Below are positions 1 to 13,084 of a DNA stretch of 53,331 nucleotides, piece by piece. The stretch is from an uncultured Chthoniobacteraceae bacterium (lineage in GTDB: Bacteria > Verrucomicrobiota > Verrucomicrobiia > Chthoniobacterales > Chthoniobacteraceae). The notes below the pieces were generated by a model that had not been told where the DNA came from, searched no databases, and saw only the letters and a list, made by a program, of their open reading frames with translations. The stretch spans positions 1,275-54,605 of the forward strand of contig CAZYVL010000002.1 in NCBI GenBank assembly GCA_964651005.1, written 5' to 3'. Position 1 is the stretch's first letter. Each line of letters starts with the position of its first letter. The position numbers were made by a program, and so were the translations under genes.

Positions 1-1644
1 TTTCACCACGGCGCGAGGCTTGAAATCTCCATCGAAAACGAGAAAGACGAGCCGTTGCCCGGGAGCGTTGGGGTTGCCCGCGAGCATCCCCCAGACGGGG
101 AGCGTTCCCGGGGGCTGCCCGACAAGACCGGCCATGAAACGCACAAACGGCGCGGCGGGGTCCACGGCGAGCGGGAGACTGGGCAGCGGGAACGGCAGCC
201 GCCACTGCAGCCCGGCGGCGAGAAGCGTCTTGAGCAGCCGGGCGGCGGGCCGCTGGGCCGGGTAGAGCGCCAGCGCGGCGCAGGCCGCCGCGGATTCCGC
301 AGGAAGAAAAAGGAACGGACGCCCGCCTTTTCGCAAAAAGCGGACCTCGCAATCCCGGCTGCCGCCCCCAAAGAGCGATTTCCAGGCCAACCCGGGCTGG
401 GTCCCCAACATTCCTTCCCCCCGGTTCACCGCGTCATAGAGGGCGTTCATCCGGTCGCCCTGCCGATTCCATTCGTAGTCTTGCAAGACCTTTTCGCGCG
501 CGGTCCGGCCATGCTCCGCGACGTTTTCCCGCGAGCGATGGTAAAACTCCATCGCCTTCGCGAGACCGGCGACGGTTTCCTGGCGTGTCTTGACCGGGAC
601 GCGGATTCCGCAGTGAGGCCCGACCGAGAGGGCGGGGCCGCCGCAATCCAGGCAAATCACCGGAAGCCCCTGGGCCATCGCTTCAATGACGGCAAAGCCG
701 CCGGAATCGTGAAGCCCCGCGAAAAGAAAGACGTGGTAGGAGCCATAGGCGGCGAGAACGTTCTCCCTGGGCTGGCGGCCCTCAAATCGGACCCGGTCGT
801 CAAGTTTCAGCGTTGCAACGAGCTTTTCGAGATCCTTCCGCGCCGGGCCTTCGCCAAAGAGCGTCAGGGTGGCATCGGTTTCGGAAAGCGCCAGCGCTTC
901 GAGAGCCAGATCGATTCCTTTGAGCGGAACAAGGCCGCCGACGAAGAGGAAACGCAACGGCCCTTGCGGAGGGGTCAACGCTTCGCTGGAGATCAAGCGC
1001 CGTTCGATGCCGATGGTGGGAAAGAGATGGGTCGCGATGCCATGTCGCGCGAAAGCCGCTTCCGTTTCGCGCGTGGAGACGAGGACCGCCGCGGAATCCC
1101 GCGCCCTCCGGCTTAGGCGATTGGAGCAGGTGCTTTCCAGGGTGTTGCTGAGATTGCGGACAATCTCATAAGCGGCGCCCGCCAGATCCCGGCGCGGCAG
1201 GAGATGGCGCGAGATCGATTCCATACCGCCGATCGGTCCCCAGATCGCCGGGATGCCATGCCCCCAGATCGCGGCGGGGTAGCGATAGGCCGCGAAGGTG
1301 AGGTGGTGCAGAAGCTCGAACGGTTCCCGGCGATGCGCCCCGGCGATCAACGAACGGACGCCGCGTTGCCAGAAGTAATAGTAAACGCGGTGAATGCGCA
1401 GACGCTTCTTGAGCGCCAGCCAGAGGGGCTTGAGATCGTAGTAAAGAAATTGCGGGTGAGGAGCGCCGGGGGGGAGATCGCGGAGGCCCTGCTCGATGCC
1501 CGGACGATTGTTGCTCCGGGTAACGACGGTCACATCGTGAAATCGTGCCATCTGGAGCGCCCATTGCCAGCCCACCTCCGGTTCGGACCCTTTGTACGGT
1601 TCGCAAGCGTAGGCGGAGATGAGGACACGGAGGCGTCGGTTCAT
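1..1644 (-). CDS. Glycosyltransferase family 1 (GT4-type) fused to an extra C-terminal domain (possibly kinase-like). Partial: the 3' end lies beyond base 1
   Basis: My own minus-strand translation from the ATG at 1644-1642 gives MNRRLRVLISAYACEPYKGSEPEVGWQWAL..., then ...LRFLFVGGLVPLKGIDL...HVFLFAGLHDSGGFAVIEAMAQGLPVICLD (GT1 C-lobe). The frame stays open to base 1, so no stop lies in the window and the ORF track omits it. The last ~150 aa (...QRLVFLVFDGDFKPRAVVK) are not GT-like. Confidence 0.75.
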   Translation of the reverse strand, partial: MNRRLRVLISAYACEPYKGSEPEVGWQWALQMARFHDVTVVTRSNNRPGIEQGLRDLPPGAPHPQFLYYDLKPLWLALKKRLRIHRVYYYFWQRGVRSLIAGAHRREPFELLHHLTFAAYRYPAAIWGHGIPAIWGPIGGMESISRHLLPRRDLAGAAYEIVRNLSNTLESTCSNRLSRRARDSAAVLVSTRETEAAFARHGIATHLFPTIGIERRLISSEALTPPQGPLRFLFVGGLVPLKGIDLALEALALSETDATLTLFGEGPARKDLEKLVATLKLDDRVRFEGRQPRENVLAAYGSYHVFLFAGLHDSGGFAVIEAMAQGLPVICLDCGGPALSVGPHCGIRVPVKTRQETVAGLAKAMEFYHRSRENVAEHGRTAREKVLQDYEWNRQGDRMNALYDAVNRGEGMLGTQPGLAWKSLFGGGSRDCEVRFLRKGGRPFLFLPAESAAACAALALYPAQRPAARLLKTLLAAGLQWRLPFPLPSLPLAVDPAAPFVRFMAGLVGQPPGTLPVWGMLAGNPNAPGQRLVFLVFDGDFKPRAVVK

Positions 1645-1650
1645 CGGGTG

Positions 1651-2313
1651 TCAGCGGGGTTGGGCCGCAGGCGGGTTCAAGTAAGCCAGGACCTTGGCGG
1701 CGATCTCATCCGCGATTTCATCGGGCATCCTGCTGCAATCGACCGTTTGGTAAGCCGGGAGGTCGCGCGGCACGGCGCCATACCGCTCCAGCAGGCCCTT
1801 GAGCGTCTCCAGGGGGACCTCCCGCTTCCGCGCGTAGAGCATCGCCGCGTCGCCGGTGAGGATGAAACCGAGATCGGGCTGGGGAACAAGGGCGCAAACC
1901 TTTTGCAGAAATCCGGGGCGCAGGCCGAAGCGGTAGCGGCGCGGATCGCACGCCATATCCGGGGCATAGCGGTCGAAGAGCACCAGCCGCCCTTGCGCCT
2001 TTGCCTTGCGGATCGGAAAAGAGCCGAGCCAGTAGTCCGCCAGATAGTAAAGGAGCCGGGCCAGGCTCAGGACGAACCCGTGCGGCGGCTTCCCATGCGG
2101 ATCGGTTGTGGGAGCGTTGGTGGCCTTTCGCGCTCCGGCGGCGACTCCGGCGTCGGAAAAGAGTTTGGGCCGCCAGTGGTAGGAGTCGATCCCCGAAAAA
2201 TGCGGTTCAAGCCGCGCCTGCAAAAGGGGCAGGAGCGTTGACTTGCCGGACCCGTCGGGTCCCAGCAGGACGAGATGGAGCCCCTGATTTTGTTTCGAGC
2301 CGTTACGCATCAA
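1651..2313 (-). CDS. P-loop NTPase, nucleotide/thymidylate-kinase-like protein
   Basis: 220-aa ORF with Walker A motif LLGPDGSGKSTLL near the N-terminus. It lies 6 nt upstream of the GT1 start and overlaps the upstream gene by 4 nt, so it is part of the operon. Confidence 0.7.
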   Translation of the reverse strand: MMRNGSKQNQGLHLVLLGPDGSGKSTLLPLLQARLEPHFSGIDSYHWRPKLFSDAGVAAGARKATNAPTTDPHGKPPHGFVLSLARLLYYLADYWLGSFPIRKAKAQGRLVLFDRYAPDMACDPRRYRFGLRPGFLQKVCALVPQPDLGFILTGDAAMLYARKREVPLETLKGLLERYGAVPRDLPAYQTVDCSRMPDEIADEIAAKVLAYLNPPAAQPR

Positions 2314-3314
2314 AGTTTCTTCTTCAAAAGGTCACGAATTTTTCGCGCGGCATCCTCCGCCGATCCCGCTTGGGCGTCCACCAAAAGATCCGGGCGGGGC
2401 GAAGCGGGCTGGCGGGACGGGGTCACGCGGATCAGAAGAAAATTGCGGGCTTTGAGCCTCCAGACCATCCATTTCAGCCGCCAGCCGACCAGGTCGCCGC
2501 GCAAAATCTTTGTTGCGCCAAAGAACGATCCGATCTCGTCCGTAAGCGGTTGGATGATCTCTTTGCCCATGTCCGGTTCGGACGCGGCGATGTGGACATG
2601 CAGCCCCGGCGGATTCAGGTGAACGCGCAGCTCGTGGCCCCAATAACGGATCTGCGCCGCGAGCGCGCGAAGCGGGTTTTTTCGAAGCGTATACCGCTTC
2701 AAAGCCTTCCGCAGCCTTGCCGCCAAGCGCCGTTGATCGTCGGCGGCCGCAGGGAAGCAATCCGGCGTCGCAACAAGATCGAAGGCGGCGTTGGAGCTTT
2801 CTTCAAAAATGCGCCGTTCTTCCTTGTCGGCGAGGAGCGTGGCGATGCGATTGCGATAGGTTTCGCGAAAAGAGCTTCCCCAGAGCAGGCCGATCACCGC
2901 GAGGCTGAGGGCCTCGTGGGCGGGGCGGGGAACCGGGTAACGGTTGTGGCGCTGCTTTTCTTCAAGGACCTGTTTTTCCTCCAGAAACCGCAGGCCGTGC
3001 CAGGTGAAGGCTCCCGGATAAAAGTCGATGTGGATAAAATCCTGCTCCGATCCTCCGACGGCAAACCACATCGCCCTGAAATAGGATCGTTCGTGCAGGT
3101 GAAGGATTTTTCCGCCTGCTTCGTTGAGAACATCTGCAAAAATCGCAATCGCCTCTCGCAACTGGCCGAAGGGGATATAAATGTCCAGGTCGTTTCCGAT
3201 TCTTGCCGGAAAATCCTCATAGTTCCGCAGCAGCAGCCACTGAACCCCCCGCTCGTCGAAACGCCCGAAGAGGCACTCGAAAAAGCTCTGCTCTTTTTCT
3301 GAAAGGTTTTTCAT
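2310..3314 (-). CDS. Hypothetical protein with an N-terminal Pol-beta-type nucleotidyltransferase-like motif and a degenerate P-loop-like C-terminal half
   Basis: 334-aa ORF. LLLRNYEDFPARIGNDLDIYIP fits the G-x-D-x-D nucleotidyltransferase-fold signature. The C-terminal GLHVHIAASEPDMGKEII resembles GLHLVLLGPDGSGKSTLL of the next gene. It has 4-nt overlaps with both neighbours. Confidence 0.55.
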   Translation of the reverse strand: MKNLSEKEQSFFECLFGRFDERGVQWLLLRNYEDFPARIGNDLDIYIPFGQLREAIAIFADVLNEAGGKILHLHERSYFRAMWFAVGGSEQDFIHIDFYPGAFTWHGLRFLEEKQVLEEKQRHNRYPVPRPAHEALSLAVIGLLWGSSFRETYRNRIATLLADKEERRIFEESSNAAFDLVATPDCFPAAADDQRRLAARLRKALKRYTLRKNPLRALAAQIRYWGHELRVHLNPPGLHVHIAASEPDMGKEIIQPLTDEIGSFFGATKILRGDLVGWRLKWMVWRLKARNFLLIRVTPSRQPASPRPDLLVDAQAGSAEDAARKIRDLLKKKL

Positions 3315-4402
3315 AGTGAACCCGAGCGAGGCGACGGAAACAAAAGATTTCGAATTTTCTTTCTGCCCGGAGTTTCAATGAACCTGAACACAATCCACGA
3401 GAGAAAAACGGTGATAATGAAAACGGCTAAAGCGGCCCCAATTTGAACCGGGCGGCTCCAGTGGGTGAGCGGAACTCCAAAGACCAACGGAGCCGCTGCC
3501 TTGAGGTATCGCAAAAGAAGATTATGGAAGAGGTAAAATGAAAAGCTGATTTCCCCTCCGATCACCACCAGGGGGGACGTCAGGAGCGGCATCGAAACAT
3601 TCAGCCTATTGAGATTGGCGACAATGAAGATGAAGGCTGCCGAAATCGTTCCGTAAAGAAGGAAGCTTAGAGTCGTTATGGCGGGAACGGCCTTGAACAC
3701 AAGAGGCGATAAAATCATTGCTGAAATCAGCGTCATGGCGAACAAAGCAGCTACGTTAGGGGCGCGCCCCAGCCTTTCCGCAAAAAGGCAGCGCGTATAT
3801 GCCAGCCCCATCGTCATCCCTATGAAAAATTCGAAGAGCCGTTGGGGAGGGTATCGGTGAGGGGTGAAATGGGGCGGCGCGATAAAGCCGTTGTAGAAAA
3901 GGACCGCCGCCAAGGAGAAAAGGCATACCCCGAAGGTGCGCCGCAAGCTTCCCCGGGTCAGGAAAAGGGTGACGATTGGAAAGCAGACGTAGAAAAACGC
4001 CTCAACCGAGAGGGTCCAGCCCACATCGTTGAATCGTCCACTCAGCGGGAGGGAAAAGCCCTGGAGGAGCAGGATCTGCGACAGGAATGCCAGGATGCCA
4101 TTGCCTTTCCGGGCCACCAACTCGATGGGAATTGCCGCAAGAACGCCCAAAAGGTACGCGGGATAGATGCGCGCGAACCGTGCGGTATAGAACTCGCGAA
4201 ATCCGCACCGGCTCACAGGGTAGTTGATGGTGAGGACAAAGCCGCTCAAGACGAAAAATAGCGAGACACCCATATGGCCGAGTTCGGATATGATGTCCTG
4301 CCATCCTGAAGTCAGGCCGAAGTAGTTGAAATGGTAAGTATGAGCCAGGAATACCATTGCGGCTGCATACCATCTGAGACCAGTAAGGGATTTCAGGTGC
4401 AT
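3311..4402 (-). CDS. Acyltransferase family 3 (membrane O-acyl/acetyltransferase)
   Basis: 363-aa polytopic membrane ORF. The N-terminus MHLKSLTGLRWYAAAMVFLAHT is typical of Acyltransferase_3, and there are about 10 hydrophobic segments. Confidence 0.85.
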   Translation of the reverse strand: MHLKSLTGLRWYAAAMVFLAHTYHFNYFGLTSGWQDIISELGHMGVSLFFVLSGFVLTINYPVSRCGFREFYTARFARIYPAYLLGVLAAIPIELVARKGNGILAFLSQILLLQGFSLPLSGRFNDVGWTLSVEAFFYVCFPIVTLFLTRGSLRRTFGVCLFSLAAVLFYNGFIAPPHFTPHRYPPQRLFEFFIGMTMGLAYTRCLFAERLGRAPNVAALFAMTLISAMILSPLVFKAVPAITTLSFLLYGTISAAFIFIVANLNRLNVSMPLLTSPLVVIGGEISFSFYLFHNLLLRYLKAAAPLVFGVPLTHWSRPVQIGAALAVFIITVFLSWIVFRFIETPGRKKIRNLLFPSPRSGSL

Positions 4403-5358
4403 CGAGACGAAGGAACAGCGGTTTCGGCCGGTTTGGAAAATACCTGCGCGAAGGCTCGCTTCAGCGAATAGGCAGGATTGAGCAAGGTGGAGAGGCCGAA
4501 ATGGAGCAGGCAGGAGAGTTTTTTCTTCTCTGCGTACGCCAGGCCTGCCTTGCGGTAATGAAGCTGGCTCAAATCATCCAGGTATTGTCTCAAGCGTTTG
4601 AGAAAAGCGGCCCGCCGCTGGCTGGCAAGGAATTCCTCGAAGGTGGGAAGGGGAAGCTTCTCCAGTCTGGCTCTCTGCCGGGAGCGGACAAAACGCGAAA
4701 ACTGCCGCATTTTCATGAAGCGGTTCATCGTCACGCTGGTGGAATGGATGCGGTAGAGCATCAGCGGTTCGGGAATCGCAATGACCGGGCCGAACTCGGC
4801 CATCCGGTCAAAAAGCTCCATGTCCTCCGTTCCGTCGAAACGGGAATCGTAGCGACCCGCTTTTTCCCAGATCTCTTTTTTGATGAAAGCGGAGGGATGC
4901 GCCACCATCACGGCTCGTGCGTGGCGCCGCAGGTCGCAGAATTCGGCTTCGCTGGCCGGGCCCGTCTTTGAAAGGCCGAGAACGCGCTCTTGGGCATCGA
5001 CGTGATAAAGGTGACAACCCCATACGACGACCCCGGGGTTCTCCAGGCTCGCCTTGAACTGCCTTTCAAGGCGGGCGGGCAGAGCCACGTCGTCGGCGTG
5101 CATGATGGCGATCCAGGGGTGGACCGCCTGCTCGATGCCGAGGTTCAGCGCGGCGCTGATTCCGTTGTGCGCTCCGTCGATCATGCGGATGCGGGAATCC
5201 TGCGCGGCCAATTCCTCGACAATGGCCCCTGTATCGTCGGTTGAGCCGTCGTTGACGACGATCAGCTCGAACTCCTTGAGAGTCTGGTTCTGGATGCTCA
5301 CGACCGCCTTCCGGATGAACCGGGAGGCGTTGTAGGCGGGAATGACGACGCTAACCAT
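4393..5358 (-). CDS. Glycosyltransferase family 2
   Basis: MVSVVIPAYNASRFIRKAVVSIQNQTLKEFELIVVNDGSTDDT is the canonical GT2 N-terminus with the DxD region. Confidence 0.9.
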   Translation of the reverse strand: MVSVVIPAYNASRFIRKAVVSIQNQTLKEFELIVVNDGSTDDTGAIVEELAAQDSRIRMIDGAHNGISAALNLGIEQAVHPWIAIMHADDVALPARLERQFKASLENPGVVVWGCHLYHVDAQERVLGLSKTGPASEAEFCDLRRHARAVMVAHPSAFIKKEIWEKAGRYDSRFDGTEDMELFDRMAEFGPVIAIPEPLMLYRIHSTSVTMNRFMKMRQFSRFVRSRQRARLEKLPLPTFEEFLASQRRAAFLKRLRQYLDDLSQLHYRKAGLAYAEKKKLSCLLHFGLSTLLNPAYSLKRAFAQVFSKPAETAVPSSRCT

Positions 5359-5391
5359 TGTGGGGCAAATCGGGCTTTGGGAGGGGGCGTC

Positions 5392-6201
5392 TCAGTAGCT
5401 GCCTTGCAGCCATTTCAGCACGAGTTTCTTGAAACGGTAATAACCCCACAAGGCGGCATCCACGACCGGATCGGCCATCGGATGCCGGAAAAGGGTGATC
5501 CCGTAGGCGCGCCGGATGGCGACACTTTCGGCAAGCTGGGCCTGGTATTTGTAAATCCCATCCATGCCGCGCATCAGGGCGTGGTTCATGCTGGTGTTGT
5601 ATCCATGGAGCCGGAATTCAGCAAGGATTTCGGGGATGTACTCGAAGCGCTTCCCCGCGCGCCCAAGCCGTGAGTAATACTCGCCGTCCATGACCACCTT
5701 GAACTTGATGTCGAGCAGGTGCCCCTCGTCGAGGATCGTCTTGCGCCGGAAGAAACAGGCGGTCGATCCGATGTAGGTGCCGTAATGGATCATCATCATC
5801 AGGTCGAAGGGGAAGATCTTCATCGCTTTGATGAATTCCCCCTTCTCGTTCACGAAATTCCACCCCCCGTAAATCACGTCCGCGTCGGGATGCGCCTCGG
5901 CAAACCGGGCGACCTTTTCCAGGGCGCCCGGCAGCAGGCGGTCGTCGGTGTTCAGCCACATCACCCAGTCGCCCGTTGCCTTGAGGAAGCCCTTGTTGAT
6001 GGCGTCAGACATCCCCTTGTCCGGCTCGGAAACCCAGTCCAGGTGCGGATACTCCTTCAGGATCGAGAGCGTCTCATCAGTGGAACCGCCGTCGAAGAGG
6101 ATGTGCTCGAGTTCAACGCCTTTCTGTTCCCGCACGCTTTCGATGCAGTCGCGGATAAAACGGCCATAGTTATAGCTGGCGGTGACGATGGAGAATTTCA
6201 C
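5392..6201 (-). CDS. Glycosyltransferase family 2
   Basis: GTG start. MKFSIVTASYNYGRFIRDCIESV...ILFDGGSTDET...WLNTDD are GT2-A fold motifs. Confidence 0.9.
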   Translation of the reverse strand: MKFSIVTASYNYGRFIRDCIESVREQKGVELEHILFDGGSTDETLSILKEYPHLDWVSEPDKGMSDAINKGFLKATGDWVMWLNTDDRLLPGALEKVARFAEAHPDADVIYGGWNFVNEKGEFIKAMKIFPFDLMMMIHYGTYIGSTACFFRRKTILDEGHLLDIKFKVVMDGEYYSRLGRAGKRFEYIPEILAEFRLHGYNTSMNHALMRGMDGIYKYQAQLAESVAIRRAYGITLFRHPMADPVVDAALWGYYRFKKLVLKWLQGSY

Positions 6202-6225
6202 TTGGGAAAAAGGAAGGTTGCCCTT

Positions 6226-7027
6226 TTAGCGGCCGGCGATCTGGTTGTAAATCCACGCGTAGGTTTTTTCCATCCCCTCGCGCAGGCGGATGCCCGGCTC
6301 CCAGCCGAGGTGCTTTCGCAGCCGGGTGTTAGCGCAGCCGCGGCCCCGCACTCCCCCGGCGCGGCGAGATTATAGCGGCGCTTGAGCCGGACTCCGGCGA
6401 TCTCTTCGACAAGGTCCACGAGGTGATTGAACGTGACCGATTCGCCGCTGCCGAGGTTGAGGGGGGCGGGAACGTCGCTCGCGAGGATCTTCTGCGTCCC
6501 TTGCGCGCAGTCATCGACGTAGAGAAACGAACGCCGCTGGCATCCGTTCCCCCCCAGATTTCGATTTCGTCGCTCCCCGAGAGCTTGGCCTCGATCACCT
6601 TGCGGCAGAGCACGGCGGGGCCTTTTTCGCGGTCTCCCCGGAAGGTGTCGTGCGGGCCGTAAACATTATGGTAGCGGGCCACGCCCGCTTCACGGGCCGC
6701 CAGCAGCAGATGCGTGTCGAGAAGCACCGTCAGCATGCAACGCGCGCGGTGGTTTTCGAGAAACCCCATCCCGCCGGTATCGGCGGCCAGGTTGTAGACC
6801 GTCCGCGCCCCGGCCACGGCCTGGTGGCACGCCGCGATCCCACGAAGATCGAGCTGCCAGTTTTCCGCCTCGGGAAAGCATTGGTGCCACTGGCCGGGAG
6901 GCTTGATGTCCACCGCGCGAACGTGCGAATGGCCCTTCCTCAACAGATCGCGCACGAGATGGCCGCCAATGAAGCCCCCCGCCCCGGCGACAAGAACGGG
7001 GTTTTCGGATTCGGGCATCAAGGACAT
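6226..7027 (-). pseudogene. Decayed NAD-dependent epimerase (GDP-mannose 3,5-epimerase-like extended SDR)
   Basis: The N-terminus GAGGFIGGHL...NLAADTGGMGF is intact. AAREAGV then joins directly to ARYHNVYGP, so the ~60-aa segment that carries the catalytic Ser and YxxxK in this family is missing. The rest is spread over three frames: 7027 to ~6550, ~6550 to ~6352, and ~6352 to the stop at 6226. The switches fall at or next to the C7 run 6549-6555 and the C5 run 6353-6357. Confidence 0.7.
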
Positions 7028-7137
7028 GAGAAAGCGCGGGAAAGAGGCGGGCGGGTACTGGTGGCCCTGCTTGCCGGAAAAATCCAGCGGTTTTCGGCTC
7101 CACTTTCGGCGGGATCGGTGTCAGCGTTTTCGCCACG

Positions 7138-8148
7138 ATGAAACTGGTGATTCCGGGCGGATCGGGCCAAGTCGGAACCGCGCTCGCGCGCGCTTTTCAC
7201 CGCGATGGGCACGAGGTGGTGGTCCTCAGCCGCCAACCGGCTGAAAATACCCCGTGGCGCAGCATCGTGTGGGACGCGCGCGGCGGCGGCGACTGGGAGG
7301 CGGAGATGGAGGGGGCCGATGCCGTGATTAACCTGGCGGGGCGCAGCGTCAACTGCCGCTATACGCCCGGCAACTGCCGCGCGATTTTGGAATCCCGCGT
7401 CGATTCCACCCGGGCCTTGGGCGATGCCCTTGCGCGGTGCGCCCGCCCTCCGCGCGTCTGGTTTCAGGCAAGCACGGCGACGCTCTATGCCCATCGCTAT
7501 GACGCCCCCAACGACGAGGAGCGTGGAATCCTTGGCGGGGAGGAACCGGGTGTGCCGGAGACGTGGCGTTTTAGCATCGACGTGGCTCGCGCGTGGGAGC
7601 AGGCGGCCAACGCAAGCGCCGCCCGGATTCCGCAGACGCGCCTAGTCCTGATGCGCACGGCGATCGTGATGAGCCCCCAGGCGGGAGGGGCGTTCGATCT
7701 TTTGCTGCGGCTGGTCCGGTTCGGCCTCGGCGGGCGTTCGGGTGATGGCCGTCAGTTTGTGTCGTGGATTCACGAGGACGACCTGGTTGCGGCGCTCTAT
7801 CGGCTTCTGGAGGACGAGAGCTTTGTTGGCCCCGTCAATCTCGCCGCTCCCGAACCGCTGCCGAACGCGGATTTCATGCGCGGGCTTCGCGAGGCGTGGG
7901 GCATTCCGTTTGGCCTTCCCGCGGCGCGGTGGATGCTGGAGATCGGTACGTTTTTCCTGCGCACGGAGACGGAGTTGGTCCTCAAAAGCCGCCGCGTTGT
8001 CCCCGGCTTGCTGACGCGGCACGGCTTCTCTTTTCAGTACCCGTCCTGGCCGGAGGCGGCGCGCGATCTCTGCGCTCGCTGGCGGCGAGAGCGCGCTGAT
8101 TCGGGCAAAATAAAGCGGCGCGGGAATAAACCCGCGCCGCTTTTATAA
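7138..8148 (+). CDS. YfcH-type (TIGR01777-like) NAD-dependent epimerase/dehydratase family protein with a DUF1731-type C-terminus
   Basis: MKLVIPGGSGQVGTALARAF...VINLAGRSV...SRVDSTRAL...GDGRQFVSWIHEDDL...GPVNLAAPEP...VVPGLLTRHGFSFQYP matches the SDR39U1/YfcH pattern. Confidence 0.85.
   Translation: MKLVIPGGSGQVGTALARAFHRDGHEVVVLSRQPAENTPWRSIVWDARGGGDWEAEMEGADAVINLAGRSVNCRYTPGNCRAILESRVDSTRALGDALARCARPPRVWFQASTATLYAHRYDAPNDEERGILGGEEPGVPETWRFSIDVARAWEQAANASAARIPQTRLVLMRTAIVMSPQAGGAFDLLLRLVRFGLGGRSGDGRQFVSWIHEDDLVAALYRLLEDESFVGPVNLAAPEPLPNADFMRGLREAWGIPFGLPAARWMLEIGTFFLRTETELVLKSRRVVPGLLTRHGFSFQYPSWPEAARDLCARWRRERADSGKIKRRGNKPAPLL
8115..8144. terminator. Bidirectional intrinsic terminator between the convergent 7138-8148 gene and gltB
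   Basis: Perfect 10-bp stem GCGGCGCGGG (8115-8124) / CCCGCGCCGC (8131-8140) with loop AATAAA. It is followed by TTTT on the plus strand and TTTATTTT on the minus strand. It overlaps the last codons of the plus-strand CDS. Confidence 0.6.
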
Positions 8149-8167
8149 CCTTCGATTTGTAGGCGCT

Positions 8168-12751
<4,584 letters not shown>

Positions 12752-13084
12752 GGGAAAATTCCGGTAAGGGTTAAAGCGTGGAAATGCGGTGAGGTGGCAT
12801 ATCGGTTGATGGGTGATAAAGGGCGCGGGGTCCGGCCCGAAACCGTGGAACCGTTTTGGGAAGGCTCTCGGGTAAAGGTGAAACTCCGCAGTCTCGCCAT
12901 CGTAGCGGTCGAGGATGCCAATTCAAGACATTTTGTTCACGAAAGAGGCGTAAAATTGCAGTCTGTGAAAATACTACGGCTCAAATCGGTCAAAAAGTTG
13001 CCACTCCTTACCAATTTTGAGAGAAGCGAATGCCTCAAACCGAAGTTTTCTTCAGAGTAAAGAGAGGCAAAACGGAGGTTTAAC

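Noticed and set aside
55-2241. Plus-strand ORFs 55-1116 (353 aa) and 1204-2241 (345 aa)
   Set aside because: They are antisense to the GT1 fusion and the P-loop gene, both of which show clear family motifs on the minus strand.
12752-13084. Riboswitch or leader RNA (for example glutamine-responsive) in the gltB 5' region
   Set aside because: I could not identify a conserved riboswitch core or a convincing stem architecture by eye. This needs an Rfam/Infernal scan.
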